IMG/VR virus record: IMGVR_UViG_3300030329_005426
Coordinates: 32,001 to 96,000 of that record
DNA: 64,000 nucleotides
Direction: 5' to 3' (one strand)
Source: a virus
Below are positions 47,519 through 56,746 of this stretch, piece by piece; the first letter of the stretch is position 1, and each line of letters opens with the position of its first letter. A model generated the notes under the pieces. The model was not told where the DNA came from. It did not search any database and worked only from the letters and a program-made list of their open reading frames with translations. Made by a program: the position numbers and the translations under genes.

Positions 47519-47680
47519 TTAATCTTCTTTTTTCCACATGGTCCAAAGACCCCAAGCGATAGCTGCATACGCAGCCCATTTAGCAAACGGTCCTAAAAAT
47601 AGAACCACTGCACCTACGGCGATAAGCGCAGCTCCATCCCATGAAGTTCGCTCTTTTACTCGATCGGTAATCCATCCCAT
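47519..47680 (-). CDS. small membrane protein
   Basis: MGWITDRVKERTSWDGAALIAVG...AIAWGLWTMWKKED; CAGGAGG RBS. Confidence 0.7.
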   Translation of the reverse strand: MGWITDRVKERTSWDGAALIAVGAVVLFLGPFAKWAAYAAIAWGLWTMWKKED

Positions 47681-47777
47681 GATGGTATCCTCCTGTTGTT
47701 TATATTTTTGCACCGTAATCATACCGTGCAATTATTATTTACCATTCCAAGATCTCTAGAAATACTGTTTTTTTCAT

Positions 47778-47807
47778 AAAAACAGGGGGGCCGAAACCCC
47801 CCTGTTT
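47778..47807 (-). terminator. rho-independent terminator
   Basis: AAACAGGGGGG-TTTCGG-CCCCCCTGTTTTT downstream of the 47833-48096 gene. Confidence 0.85.
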
Positions 47808-47832
47808 GTGGTTACCGTAAAGGTTTACGGTG

Positions 47833-48096
47833 TTATGCGGCAGGTGCACCATACGCGTAAAACGCGCGCACCATTTCGCGGGTGGCTTGACCATACCGAT
47901 AACGACTAGCCATCTGACGACCCCGAGAATCCGTTCCACCTTTATTCAGATAGATAGGAAATCCAGATCGACGGACCGAACTAATTACAGCTCGAGCGCC
48001 GTTCCTAGTTGTTCCGAGAGTGTTGGCTAGCTCACCTTCGGTAAGCTCTTTGCCCTGTTTGACCAAAAGGTCAATGGTTTTCTGCACTCGTGACAT
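47833..48096 (-). CDS. winged-helix/HTH-like DNA-binding protein
   Basis: MSRVQKTIDLL...LTEGELANTLG...RAVISSVRRSGFPIY; GGAGG RBS before 48096. Confidence 0.65.
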   Translation of the reverse strand: MSRVQKTIDLLVKQGKELTEGELANTLGTTRNGARAVISSVRRSGFPIYLNKGGTDSRGRQMASRYRYGQATREMVRAFYAYGAPAA

Positions 48097-48185
48097 ACAT
48101 ACCTCCGTATTGTTGTGCATAACGAAATGAGGGGCTGACCGTGGCCCCTCGCGGATGTATTTCGGCATCACCCGTATACTGAAGC

Positions 48186-49133
48186 CTAGGCGGCTTCAGC
48201 AAACTCTACCGCAGTTTGAAGAGCTGTTTGCTTCTTCTTGCGGTTTTGACCAAACCATGCGGAAGTAACTCGCGCATTGTTGGAACGACCCAACTCATGG
48301 TCTGTTAAGTACGTGACAGTGTTAAAAGCCTGCCAGAAAGAACCACGACCGAACTCAGCACCAGGCTGGGTGTCTAGCACTTCCATAGCCTGCTTTGTCT
48401 GCCGGCTGGTGCGCTCATCAGCATCACGTTTATGTGACATTGAAGGGAATACCGTGTCGAAGTATTCGACGATGCTCTCAGCGGTGTAACGCTTAGCGGC
48501 CAAGAACTGAGCAACCTCTTTATAGGTTTCCATCTTTTCTTTGGCAACACCAAGTGTTTCCTTAACCATATCGGCATCGAATTCCGAGCGATGATTAACT
48601 CGAACCAAACGATCGGAATCAATACCGAGCGCATAATTCAGAGTGTTATTGCATACAACCCGAATATCAGTGCCTTGTACCGTAATACAAGCACCAAACT
48701 TGTGGGGGTTAGCAAAAAGCAGATATGACTCTACTTCATCACCAGGAACGGCTTCGAACACCTGACCTTTAATCTTGGCCAAAGCCCAGATCATCTTCCC
48801 GTCATTCAAGGAACCAGCGGTATGCATTTCCATCTCGCCGGCACCTACGAAATCGTTGAAGAAATCGAAAGCCTGCTCATTCTGAAGAGGATTCCAAGCA
48901 CTGGAAACCACATCCAAAAATTGGCCATCGGAATCACGAACCAAAGCCTCTTTCTTACCGGCTTTAACTCGGCGACCATCGACTTCATAAGTCAGGGGTT
49001 TTTTCGACACAGTCCAATCAAGACCGGCCTTTTCAAGCATCTGAACAGGTGTCAGATCGGAGGGGACTTCCACCCCAAGACCATGCCAAGGAACTTCCCC
49101 TGCATAGGCCATAGTTTCAACAGCAGCTACCAT
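48186..49133 (-). CDS. DUF932 family phage/plasmid protein
   Basis: MAYAGEVPWHGLG, AGLDWTV, LQNEQAFDFF, TAGSLNDGK, RVVCNNTL, WQAFN. Confidence 0.88.
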   Translation of the reverse strand: MVAAVETMAYAGEVPWHGLGVEVPSDLTPVQMLEKAGLDWTVSKKPLTYEVDGRRVKAGKKEALVRDSDGQFLDVVSSAWNPLQNEQAFDFFNDFVGAGEMEMHTAGSLNDGKMIWALAKIKGQVFEAVPGDEVESYLLFANPHKFGACITVQGTDIRVVCNNTLNYALGIDSDRLVRVNHRSEFDADMVKETLGVAKEKMETYKEVAQFLAAKRYTAESIVEYFDTVFPSMSHKRDADERTSRQTKQAMEVLDTQPGAEFGRGSFWQAFNTVTYLTDHELGRSNNARVTSAWFGQNRKKKQTALQTAVEFAEAA

Positions 49134-49176
49134 GATATAATCTCCTTCTCTCTTGCTGTTCTCTTCATTATAATTA

Positions 49177-49205
49177 ATTATAACACAGGTCGTTAATTAA
49201 TACAA
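49177..49205 (-). promoter_or_regulatory. phage early promoter
   Basis: TTGTAT-N17-TATAAT followed by TAATTATAAT; member of the repeated promoter family. Confidence 0.7.
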
Positions 49206-49238
49206 CCGGTTTTTTCATTATTTTGAGATTTTTTTTGG

Positions 49239-49433
49239 TTATCTGCCAACTAAATTATGACAGACACTCTGAGCACGGTTCTGTTCATCGATATACCAAG
49301 CTTCCAGGCCGGCAAGGAATCCGTTGATATCATCAAGTGGGATATCTGCGATATTATCCGCGTCTGACACACTTAGGATGTAATTCGCCTGCGAGGCAGG
49401 AATTTCTTCGTATGAATCAAATGGACCGAACAT
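49239..49433 (-). CDS. hypothetical protein
   Basis: ORF with AGAGGAG RBS and its own promoter. Confidence 0.6.
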   Translation of the reverse strand: MFGPFDSYEEIPASQANYILSVSDADNIADIPLDDINGFLAGLEAWYIDEQNRAQSVCHNLVGR

Positions 49434-49456
49434 GTTGCTCTCCTCTCATTATTATA

Positions 49457-49485
49457 ATTTTATCATAATTCGAAAATTAATGCAA
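49457..49485 (-). promoter_or_regulatory. phage early promoter
   Basis: TTGCAT-N17-TAAAAT. Confidence 0.6.
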
Positions 49486-49496
49486 CCCCTAAATTG

Positions 49497-49979
49497 CTAA
49501 AATCGAGATAAAAATCGCGCAATATGATGGACAAATGGTAGCAAGGATACGGCCATCAGCAAGTTCATTCCTGTATGGGCCATCGCTATCCGCAGCGTAT
49601 CACCCTTAGGCATACCGTCAGATACAAACACACCGGCTAGCCATATTGTTCCTGTTGTGCCAATATTAGCTCCAAGCACAGCTGCAACTGCAGCAGGTAG
49701 GGGCACTGCTCCTGATGCTACGAGTGCAATGATAGCTGTAGTGCTCAACGATGATGATTGCCACAGTAGTGTCATAATGATACCACCAAGAAACATCCAA
49801 TATGGGTTGTGGATGAAATAGCTTAGATGGTCAAGGTTGCCCATCGACTTCATTCCACCAGAAAACATCTTTAATCCGATGTAGAATACGACGAGCCCGA
49901 CGAGGGCAGTAATAACAGGGTTTCCTAGATCCATTTTTTTTACCTTCTTAACTAATTTTTTTGTGTCATTCATTGTCAT
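49497..49979 (-). CDS. half-size Na+/Pi cotransporter family protein
   Basis: GLKMFSGGMK, LLWQSSSLSTT, LGANIGTT; one repeat only; start uncertain. Confidence 0.8.
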   Translation of the reverse strand: MTMNDTKKLVKKVKKMDLGNPVITALVGLVVFYIGLKMFSGGMKSMGNLDHLSYFIHNPYWMFLGGIIMTLLWQSSSLSTTAIIALVASGAVPLPAAVAAVLGANIGTTGTIWLAGVFVSDGMPKGDTLRIAMAHTGMNLLMAVSLLPFVHHIARFLSRF

Positions 49980-50045
49980 TAAATTATCCCCTGACTTTGA
50001 CTTCTCGCTATTTAGCAAAGAGGCATTTTTTACAGTTTGATGACA

Positions 50046-50300
50046 CTAACGCGACCCCTTTCTTCTATCATACCAGTATTTGCTTGACGATCTTAGCTGA
50101 TCATTAGCTTCGCGGACTAATTCACACTCTGCCCTTACCACATCTCTAAACATCTCGATCATCTGCTGATCACAATCTGCATCCTTAGCGAGATTAGACA
50201 TCGAATCAACAAGCTCAATTATTCTGTCTATATGATTACAGGTTAGAGGTGGAATCGGGGGTTTCTTTATATTCGAAATTGTTCGTCTCCTCATTTTCAT
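50046..50300 (-). CDS. hypothetical protein
   Basis: PPLTCNHID...ELVREANDQLRSSSKYWY; same strand, overlaps its neighbour. Confidence 0.6.
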   Translation of the reverse strand: MKMRRRTISNIKKPPIPPLTCNHIDRIIELVDSMSNLAKDADCDQQMIEMFRDVVRAECELVREANDQLRSSSKYWYDRRKGSR

Positions 50301-50688
50301 TTAACAATATAGCGCCATTACGTAAATGAAATCTCCTGGCCATTTCTGTTTTAGGACTCATTGTAACAAATCTTCGCATCCCACGTTCTTTGGCTAAAGC
50401 GATTGCGGAAAACACAATATCTCTGCCGGCACGTGGTGCTGAGTTATATGACCATACAGAATAAAATACGGCAATGTCACCACTACTACTATGTAGTAGT
50501 TCATCTACCGTGGTAGGAATTTTATTACAAAATGCACAGCAGATCACGGCCTTTCGTTCGCCGATTTCTAGACCTCCTGTGTAATACATTTCAAAGTGTC
50601 CTGATGTTCTTTGATTGCCTGAAATTTCAGGGCGCACCGGATCATCAAGACAAAGCATTTTTGCTTCGGCTGGTTTACATTTTATCAT
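50236..50688 (-). CDS. hypothetical protein, possible GNAT-like fold
   Basis: DDPVRP, AVFYSVWSY..AGRDIV, VTMSPKTEMARRFHLRNGA. Confidence 0.6.
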   Translation of the reverse strand: MIKCKPAEAKMLCLDDPVRPEISGNQRTSGHFEMYYTGGLEIGERKAVICCAFCNKIPTTVDELLHSSSGDIAVFYSVWSYNSAPRAGRDIVFSAIALAKERGMRRFVTMSPKTEMARRFHLRNGAILLNENEETNNFEYKETPDSTSNL

Positions 50689-50719
50689 CGATTATTTATT
50701 TACTCCGAAATGACAAAAA

Positions 50720-50796
50720 TGGTCGGGGATGCAAGATTCGAACTTGCGACCCTCTGCTCCCAAAGCAGATGCGCTACCAGGCTGCGCTAATCCCCG
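50720..50796 (-). tRNA. tRNA-Pro(TGG)
   Basis: CGGGGATTAGCGCAGCCTGGTAGCGCATCTGCTTTGGGAGCAGAGGGTCGCAAGTTCGAATCTTGCATCCCCGACCA; full cloverleaf with encoded CCA. Confidence 0.96.
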
Positions 50797-50975
50797 CTTT
50801 CTACGATGTAGAGTTTTTTTTCATGAACAGCAACACGGGCATATGGGTCATTAATTTTAATATCATTCACCCTTAGGCCGCCATTCTTGATCTGCCTCCT
50901 AGCTTCACTCTTAGACTTGACTAAACCAGATATAACAAAAAATTCAGCTACATCCATACCTATCTGGCTTTTCAT
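50787..50975 (-). CDS. stand-alone S4 RNA-binding domain (TyrRS C-terminal-like)
   Basis: [26 protein letters not shown]; GAGG RBS before ATG 50975. Confidence 0.75.
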   Translation of the reverse strand: MKSQIGMDVAEFFVISGLVKSKSEARRQIKNGGLRVNDIKINDPYARVAVHEKKLYIVESGD

Positions 50976-50994
50976 TCTCGCCTCATCTTGAAAG

Positions 50995-51070
50995 TGGTGC
51001 CGCCGCACGGACTTGAACCGCGGACCTGAGGTTTACAAAACCCCTGCTCTACCGACTGAGCTACGACGGC
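50995..51070 (-). tRNA. tRNA-Thr(TGT)
   Basis: GCCGTCGTAGCTCAGTCGGTAGAGCAGGGGTTTTGTAAACCTCAGGTCCGCGGTTCAAGTCCGTGCGGCGGCACCA. Confidence 0.95.
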
Positions 51071-51282
51071 TAAAGACCCAGAACTCTATGAGCTGGTTCC
51101 AATCCTTTTCTCGGGGAATACTGATCACGGAAGTACTCGGCAAGCTGGCCCATATAAAATGAGACGTCGCCGTCAGTATCTTCTTCTGCTTGTTTGAAAA
51201 ATTCGACGAGTGCCTTTGTGCTAATCTTTTCAGGACCATCAAAGGCTGCCGCTTTATACGTTTTTCCAGGACGTTGATGCAT
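51070..51282 (-). CDS. hypothetical protein
   Basis: ORF with GAGG RBS, downstream of an early promoter; its stop abuts tRNA-Thr. Confidence 0.6.
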   Translation of the reverse strand: MHQRPGKTYKAAAFDGPEKISTKALVEFFKQAEEDTDGDVSFYMGQLAEYFRDQYSPRKGLEPAHRVLGL

Positions 51283-51310
51283 CTCTCACCTCACATTAAG
51301 TTAGATTATT

Positions 51311-51339
51311 ATAATAATATACCATAAAAATTAAATCAA
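51311..51339 (-). promoter_or_regulatory. phage early promoter driving the tRNA cluster
   Basis: TTGATT-N17-TATTAT. Confidence 0.6.
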
Positions 51340-51344
51340 CAAAT

Positions 51345-52391
51345 TTATTGACGGGCGCACCAGTCTTTTAAATCTTTGTTATCTTGCATGATGGTTAAAT
51401 TTGGTAATTTATTCATAATACCAGAGTTATTGCGATTAATACATGTGCCATCGTCCTTGATAGCCATTAAATAATATCTCGGCAAGATATTAGCCCTGAT
51501 TTCTCTAATCTTTTTTTCGTTGTTTCGAATTGACCAATTACCGGCTTTGCTGAAAGCCCAACCCTCTAAGTTGGTATGAGAAGCGATGATATTCCGAAGC
51601 TCCATTTTATTTTTGAGATGTTCACTATCATCATCTCTATTAAATGGCACCAACGAGCCATCGATGATACGATTAATGAAATATTTTTCAATCATCTCTT
51701 CATCATAGAACGGCATGATATTTTCTAGATTAATGCGGTGGCCTTTAAAATTTTGAAAAAATCTATATCGCCTGCTAACGCGTCCAAATCGATTTCTTAT
51801 ATACCACACGCGCTTTAGATCACCTTTCAAATGATCTTCGCCCATAGAGCCGTATAAAGCATCTGCGGATCCGCATTCAACAACAACATGATTAGTAGGA
51901 TCAGCAACCGCGAAAAGGCTATCATCTGTATGAATTTTATGGTGATGTTTAGCTACTACTGGCCAGTAACCAGGGCATTCTTCTATACTAGAAGGTGTTA
52001 ATTCAATGTGAATTCTGGGCGTACCGAATTTTAGTAAGACGGCAAGAGCAGCAGTTGAATCAATTCCGCCGGACCAGAAAAATTGAATAGGTTTTTTTCT
52101 ATTAATTATCTGCTCAGCCCGGCGGAACATAAGTTCTTCTAACGACGCAGAGTTGCTATACTCGAATGGTGGCATAGTATCAGACGTAGTCTGAAAAGTG
52201 TATCTATACTTATGACAGCGATCGACAATGCAAGTACCACGTACTCTATTCATTATCTTCTTTTCTTTAGCTATATGATCTATAAAATCTGCTAATGCAG
52301 ATTCCGGAAAACCATTTTCCATGTTAACCATATGCTGAAGCCAATTGCGGATATAATTAGTATATCCTTTATTATAAAATACTAGTGCCAT
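51345..52391 (-). CDS. asparagine-synthetase-like PP-loop protein (paralog of 6192-7199)
   Basis: FFWSGGIDST, TPSSIEE.P, ECGSADALYG, PFY, KMELR. Confidence 0.7.
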   Translation of the reverse strand: MALVFYNKGYTNYIRNWLQHMVNMENGFPESALADFIDHIAKEKKIMNRVRGTCIVDRCHKYRYTFQTTSDTMPPFEYSNSASLEELMFRRAEQIINRKKPIQFFWSGGIDSTAALAVLLKFGTPRIHIELTPSSIEECPGYWPVVAKHHHKIHTDDSLFAVADPTNHVVVECGSADALYGSMGEDHLKGDLKRVWYIRNRFGRVSRRYRFFQNFKGHRINLENIMPFYDEEMIEKYFINRIIDGSLVPFNRDDDSEHLKNKMELRNIIASHTNLEGWAFSKAGNWSIRNNEKKIREIRANILPRYYLMAIKDDGTCINRNNSGIMNKLPNLTIMQDNKDLKDWCARQ

Positions 52392-52392
52392 T

Positions 52393-52872
52393 TCAATTAC
52401 TCGATACTGGTATCCATGATCCTGGTATTGCTTTATTTTCTTTCTTTGGTGTTTTTCTCATCTTGTCGTATAAATCATGATAAAATTCCAGGTCACTCCC
52501 TGTGTTAATCATACATCCAATTTGGCCAGCGGGTGTATCCGCTATCCCCATAATCGTTATTTCCTTTTTCTCGGGATGCACAAAAAGCATCGTCAGTGTT
52601 TCCATACCACCTGGATTTGGTGTTTTCCATATTGCAATTGGTTTTTCACCCACATTAGCAATCGCATTCATCATCTCGCTCGATTTAGAACACATCATGC
52701 TTAACTTCATCATAAAGGCCTGCATAGTTGGTTTATTGCCTGGCTCAGGAATTGTAGGGGCTTCTTGTTTTAACGACGGCGGAGCTTGATCTGCTATAGC
52801 ATCCTTTGTATGCGCCGTGTTACATGCACCCAATAGCAATCCCGCTAATACCAAACTAACTAGGGTTCGCAT
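52393..52872 (-). CDS. putative lipoprotein
   Basis: Lipobox LLLGAC. Confidence 0.6.
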   Translation of the reverse strand: MRTLVSLVLAGLLLGACNTAHTKDAIADQAPPSLKQEAPTIPEPGNKPTMQAFMMKLSMMCSKSSEMMNAIANVGEKPIAIWKTPNPGGMETLTMLFVHPEKKEITIMGIADTPAGQIGCMINTGSDLEFYHDLYDKMRKTPKKENKAIPGSWIPVSSN

Positions 52873-53527
52873 TTTTATATTCCTCTATATGCTCTACCAG
52901 ATTCCAAATATGATCATCACGGTTTTGTATAAAGGTCTGAGTTTCCTGTGTTTCTACTACTGCTATTAATATTACTAATTTAGAAACTGGTATTTTCGTT
53001 CGTTCTTCGAACATAACAGCATAGCCAGCAGCTTGTTCAAAATAGTCGCTGATCCAATCTTTTTTCTTCTCACGTGTCGATGTCTTGAAATCTATGATGG
53101 CGAGCTTTCCATCCCATTCGGCAACGCAATCAGTTCTACCGGCTACGCCAAGATAATCACTGTATAGGGGTATTTCTTGCCCATATACTTTTCCTAAATG
53201 AGTATCTAGCTCCTTTTGTAGTAGCTCGAATAGAGCTAGATTCATTAAGGTGTGACCTTCTCTATAATCAGCAATATTATTTATGTAATCTTCAGCTATT
53301 TTATGGACTTTCGTGCCGCGAATAGACGCTTGGCCAGCAATCTTATTTGCCTGAGCTTCACCAACACGCTTACGCCACTCGAGTAGGCCTTGTTTTTTGA
53401 AATGACCGAGAACTGTTGTGATAGACGGAAGAGGCCCACTTGGTGTTAAGTAGAACCTCTTACCGTCCTTATTCTCAGTTTTGATCTCTTCAAAAACTAA
53501 ATCACTATGCTCAAATCTCTCGCTCAT
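52856..53527 (-). CDS. PD-(D/E)xK exonuclease (T4-like phage exonuclease)
   Basis: PSITTVL, RGTKVH, AGRTDCVAE, IIDFKTS, YFEQAAGYA. Confidence 0.9.
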   Translation of the reverse strand: MSERFEHSDLVFEEIKTENKDGKRFYLTPSGPLPSITTVLGHFKKQGLLEWRKRVGEAQANKIAGQASIRGTKVHKIAEDYINNIADYREGHTLMNLALFELLQKELDTHLGKVYGQEIPLYSDYLGVAGRTDCVAEWDGKLAIIDFKTSTREKKKDWISDYFEQAAGYAVMFEERTKIPVSKLVILIAVVETQETQTFIQNRDDHIWNLVEHIEEYKNANPS

Positions 53528-54275
53528 ATGCTATTTTACTGATGATATATTCTTTCACAAGACCGCTGCGAACAATATCGTGATGGCTAAATTCAATTAG
53601 ATCAAACCCCTTTATTGTCCGGATGATATCCATGAAGCGTCTTATACCATCCCTTTCGTTATCGCGCCATAAATCACTCTGATGGTAGTCACCACAAAAT
53701 ATAACTCTACAGTTCTCACCTAAGCGCGTGATAATACTATCAAGTTCATGAAATGTCATATTCTGTATTTCGTCCACAATAATTATTTTATCATTAAACG
53801 TCGTCCCACGCAAGTATGATGTGGTCGTAAAATTAATTATCTGTCTTCCTGATAACACCGAATAAGCATCGCCTCTGCCAAATAATTGAGAAGCCATTGC
53901 CTCATAGGGTGCTTCGTATGCTTTAGCTTTTTCTTTAACATTACCTGGAAGAAATCCCATATCTCTAGTGGGGACAACACTGCGAATAATCTCGATACCT
54001 TTTTGATCACATTGATTGTGAATGATATCGTCTAATGCCAAATATACAGCTAAAAATGTTTTGCCTGATCCGGCGGCACCATGAAGGAGTAAATTCTGGT
54101 CGTGATACCAACACTCAAATACTTCTTCTTGTGCTGGTGTTAATGGTTCTATACGTCGTAATCGCATTCCTGTTTTTTTATTTGTTGTGTGTCCTTGACG
54201 GCGTAATCTTTTTCTCTCCTTCCGTGATAGTGATGCCATTTGTTCGTCTGAAAATAACGGGATCGGCTGTGCATT
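53511..54275 (-). CDS. phoH: PhoH-like ATPase
   Basis: GAAGSGKT Walker A, RDMGFLPG, YLRGTTF, IVDEIQN, CGDYHQSD, DIVRSGLV. Confidence 0.93.
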   Translation of the reverse strand, partial: NAQPIPLFSDEQMASLSRKERKRLRRQGHTTNKKTGMRLRRIEPLTPAQEEVFECWYHDQNLLLHGAAGSGKTFLAVYLALDDIIHNQCDQKGIEIIRSVVPTRDMGFLPGNVKEKAKAYEAPYEAMASQLFGRGDAYSVLSGRQIINFTTTSYLRGTTFNDKIIIVDEIQNMTFHELDSIITRLGENCRVIFCGDYHQSDLWRDNERDGIRRFMDIIRTIKGFDLIEFSHHDIVRSGLVKEYIISKIAYEREI

Positions 54276-54292
54276 CATCGCGGTATGTTCCT

Positions 54293-54604
54293 CTATTTGT
54301 TTGGATCCGCGCTCCTCTTTTTTCTCCACTTTTCTACAGCGTGTCGTGTTTTCACGTCTTTAATTGATTTTGATCCATACTGAGACCCGAGAGCACTATT
54401 AGGATGCTGCTCTCCGATTTGCGACAAACGCTCTTGAAACCCACCATCAGTCTTTATACCGCCGCGACCAGCGACGATATTGACCTGAGTAATCAGAGTA
54501 CGGATGTTTGGATTGGATTCTAGGTAGCTTTCTCGTTGTGCAATGGACATCATTTCTTCCCACTGCTCACCTGTCGTGTTGTTCACGAATGTATACGTCG
54601 GCAT
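54293..54604 (-). CDS. FmdB-like small regulatory protein
   Basis: MPTYTFVNNTTGEQWE...YLESNP; typical neighbour of phoH. Confidence 0.65.
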   Translation of the reverse strand: MPTYTFVNNTTGEQWEEMMSIAQRESYLESNPNIRTLITQVNIVAGRGGIKTDGGFQERLSQIGEQHPNSALGSQYGSKSIKDVKTRHAVEKWRKKRSADPNK

Positions 54605-54633
54605 TAAATAATTCTTCCTTTCGCTACCTGTCT

Positions 54634-54942
54634 CTATTTAGCAATTCCGGCATCTAGAAAGTACTTAATTATACCATTAGCAAAAATAGCTAGGGCAACT
54701 GCATTAATAACAATAAGAGCTCGGTCATTCCATAACACCGAAACCCAAAGCCAGCCGGCAATACCAACAAAATGGACATATAGATTATATGGATAAAGGT
54801 TGTTCGATGATAATGTCATCGCAACAATTAGGATCAGGGAACTGACCCATTTCAGCCACCATGATAGAGGATGGTGCTGTTTTAAGGGAGTGAGAGTCTT
54901 GGTTGGATTCTCGTGCGCTTTCAATTCTGTTTCGTCTTCCAT
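54634..54942 (-). CDS. small membrane protein
   Basis: WWLKWVSS...YPYNL...WNDRALIVIN; three TM segments. Confidence 0.7.
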   Translation of the reverse strand: MEDETELKAHENPTKTLTPLKQHHPLSWWLKWVSSLILIVAMTLSSNNLYPYNLYVHFVGIAGWLWVSVLWNDRALIVINAVALAIFANGIIKYFLDAGIAK

Positions 54943-54945
54943 CGG

Positions 54946-55140
54946 CTAATCCGAGTTAAATTTTCTTACAATTTCGCCCCGTAGATCAACGTCGATCAGG
55001 CCTTGTGATTGGAGCTCATCGATGCATTTTTCAACACCTTGAGTTACTCCATCAGCAAAGCCGTCACGATAACTAGAGATATACAGGGCTATGACAAATC
55101 CTAACGCTATGTAGAATTGCCACGTGAATAGAAATTCCAT
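54946..55140 (-). CDS. hypothetical membrane-anchored protein
   Basis: N-terminal TM, then YRDGFADGVTQG. Confidence 0.55.
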   Translation of the reverse strand: MEFLFTWQFYIALGFVIALYISSYRDGFADGVTQGVEKCIDELQSQGLIDVDLRGEIVRKFNSD

Positions 55141-55141
55141 T

Positions 55142-55405
55142 CTAGACGGTAATGACTTTTTCTACATCATCAAATTTGATGACAAGTTTTTTATGTCCGG
55201 TCTCAACAGGAACTTCTACCTCGACAAGGCCTTCGCGCTTATCGATAGCGGTAACTACGCCGCTGCTAGAAAACGGTTTTGGGCCCGTAAGAGGAACATC
55301 ACTAAGTCCAGGCAAACGTCCAAACGTATCTAATACAGCAGTGGTCGTAAACTCCACTTCATACGTACCGACACTACACGGCGTTTCAATTTCTTCAATT
55401 CTCAT
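55142..55405 (-). CDS. hypothetical protein (SH3-like beta barrel possible)
   Basis: AAGGAG RBS; beta-rich pattern. Confidence 0.55.
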   Translation of the reverse strand: MRIEEIETPCSVGTYEVEFTTTAVLDTFGRLPGLSDVPLTGPKPFSSSGVVTAIDKREGLVEVEVPVETGHKKLVIKFDDVEKVITV

Positions 55406-55559
55406 GATACTAACTCTCCTTTATCAGCCATCCCCTTGATGCCCCAAAGCATCACAATAACGCCAGCACTGGCTAACAGGATAGCAGTTGCAAGACCAGC
55501 GGTACCTTCAGCGGCACCAACACCGGCGATCATTCCAAACATTCCAATTACAAAACGGA

Positions 55560-55784
55560 TCATTTCGTCACCTCTACAATTTCAAAATTTGGATCGTCAT
55601 TCAGTTTGATCCAACGTCCATCAAAACCTCTGTGACCACGCGGACCTTCTGTTTTAAATTCGCTACGTAGCATCATAGTACCACTGCGAATTTCTTCAAC
55701 AAGCCAACGGTCACCGTGCTGATGCACTCGGTTCTTACCATGGCGTGTCTTGCCCTTGAGCTTTATCCAATTACCTACTTGCAT
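55560..55784 (-). CDS. hypothetical protein
   Basis: LKGKTRHGKNRVHQHG...DGRWI..DDPNFEI. Confidence 0.6.
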   Translation of the reverse strand: MQVGNWIKLKGKTRHGKNRVHQHGDRWLVEEIRSGTMMLRSEFKTEGPRGHRGFDGRWIKLNDDPNFEIVEVTK

Positions 55785-55957
55785 CGCACCGCACCATTCT
55801 TAACGCATTTACGCCAAAATTCACGGGCTTCTTCAGGCAACATATCACCTTGGATGCCAAGATGGCCGTCATTGTCCTGTTCAACGAAAACCGAAGTTCC
55901 GTTGCACGGCGTAAAATGGGTTACGGTGTTAGTTTCCGTATTTTTGAGTGTGAACAT
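55775..55957 (-). CDS. hypothetical early protein
   Basis: First gene after the promoter at 55985-56013; AGAGG RBS. Confidence 0.6.
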   Translation of the reverse strand: MFTLKNTETNTVTHFTPCNGTSVFVEQDNDGHLGIQGDMLPEEAREFWRKCVKNGAVRCK

Positions 55958-55984
55958 ATTTCTCTACCTCTCTCTATTATATTA

Positions 55985-56013
55985 ATTATAAAGCAGGTGC
56001 GAAATTAAATCAA
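55985..56013 (-). promoter_or_regulatory. phage early promoter
   Basis: TTGATT-N17-TATAAT followed by TAATATAATAGAGAGAG; near-identical to 59430-59458. Confidence 0.8.
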
Positions 56014-56579
56014 CCCGGTATTTTCATTTGATCATAAAATAATCCGCGCACATTAGGCGCTTTAACTGGGCGTATAGCCTTGATATCACGAGGGAAAACG
56101 AACCTGAAGGTAACGCTATGATGAACATTACAGAACCATTCTAGATATCCGACGCGGGCTATCTGATCGTTCAATGTAGCTCGCGTTTCTAGCGTATAGT
56201 TATCGGTTCCATCATATAGATTGCTCAACGTAAATTCATTGTCTACGATTAAGAAATCCATGCCCATCACATACAAATAATCATACCCTTGCTTGATAGC
56301 CTCGATCATTGCATTCATACCGGCGTTAGATCGCGGTCTCTGGGGATTATACGCTATAGGTTCGAATTGCTCTTCATATGGAGGCACAATATGTCTCAGC
56401 TCGGGAAAGTCTGATTTCTCGATTTCTTTTGTTATGCCTGGATCGATAGAGACTAGGAACGTTGGATACCATTCCCTGTAGAGAGCATTACATCCGAATG
56501 TAATCACGTCATCTAATTGGCTTAGATCAAATTCTTTACGGCTAGCGCCGTTACATATTATATAAGCCTCTTTCATCAT
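56010..56579 (-). CDS. Maf/DUF115-like (MptE-like) putative glycosyltransferase
   Basis: AYIICNGASRK, FGCNALYR, LVSID, SNAGMNA, LYVMGMDF. Confidence 0.6.
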   Translation of the reverse strand: MMKEAYIICNGASRKEFDLSQLDDVITFGCNALYREWYPTFLVSIDPGITKEIEKSDFPELRHIVPPYEEQFEPIAYNPQRPRSNAGMNAMIEAIKQGYDYLYVMGMDFLIVDNEFTLSNLYDGTDNYTLETRATLNDQIARVGYLEWFCNVHHSVTFRFVFPRDIKAIRPVKAPNVRGLFYDQMKIPG

Positions 56580-56730
56580 AATTACCTTGTAATGCTGCTT
56601 CTTGTATCTGTTTCCTAAATTTTCTTGCTTGTTTTATAGCTGTTCTCTTTTTGTTGGGTTTTTTACTATTGCGATAATCGCGCTTATTGTAGTTCGGATC
56701 GTCACTAGACCGACGATATGTCCGACCCAT
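56551..56730 (-). CDS. small basic hypothetical protein; not in the ORF track
   Basis: Manual translation begins MGRTYRRSSDDPNYNKRDYRNSKKPNKKR; AGGAGG RBS. Confidence 0.5.
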   Translation of the reverse strand: MGRTYRRSSDDPNYNKRDYRNSKKPNKKRTAIKQARKFRKQIQEAALQGNYDERGLYNM

Positions 56731-56746
56731 GATAAGTCCTCCTATG

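Noticed and set aside
47739-48030. ORFs 47739-47939 (-) and 47830-48030 (+)
   Set aside because: They overlap the HTH gene, and the first runs through a clear terminator.
52856-53527. Cas4-like nuclease suggesting a CRISPR system
   Set aside because: It is the standard T4-like PD-(D/E)xK exonuclease next to phoH. I saw no repeat-spacer array or other cas genes in the window.
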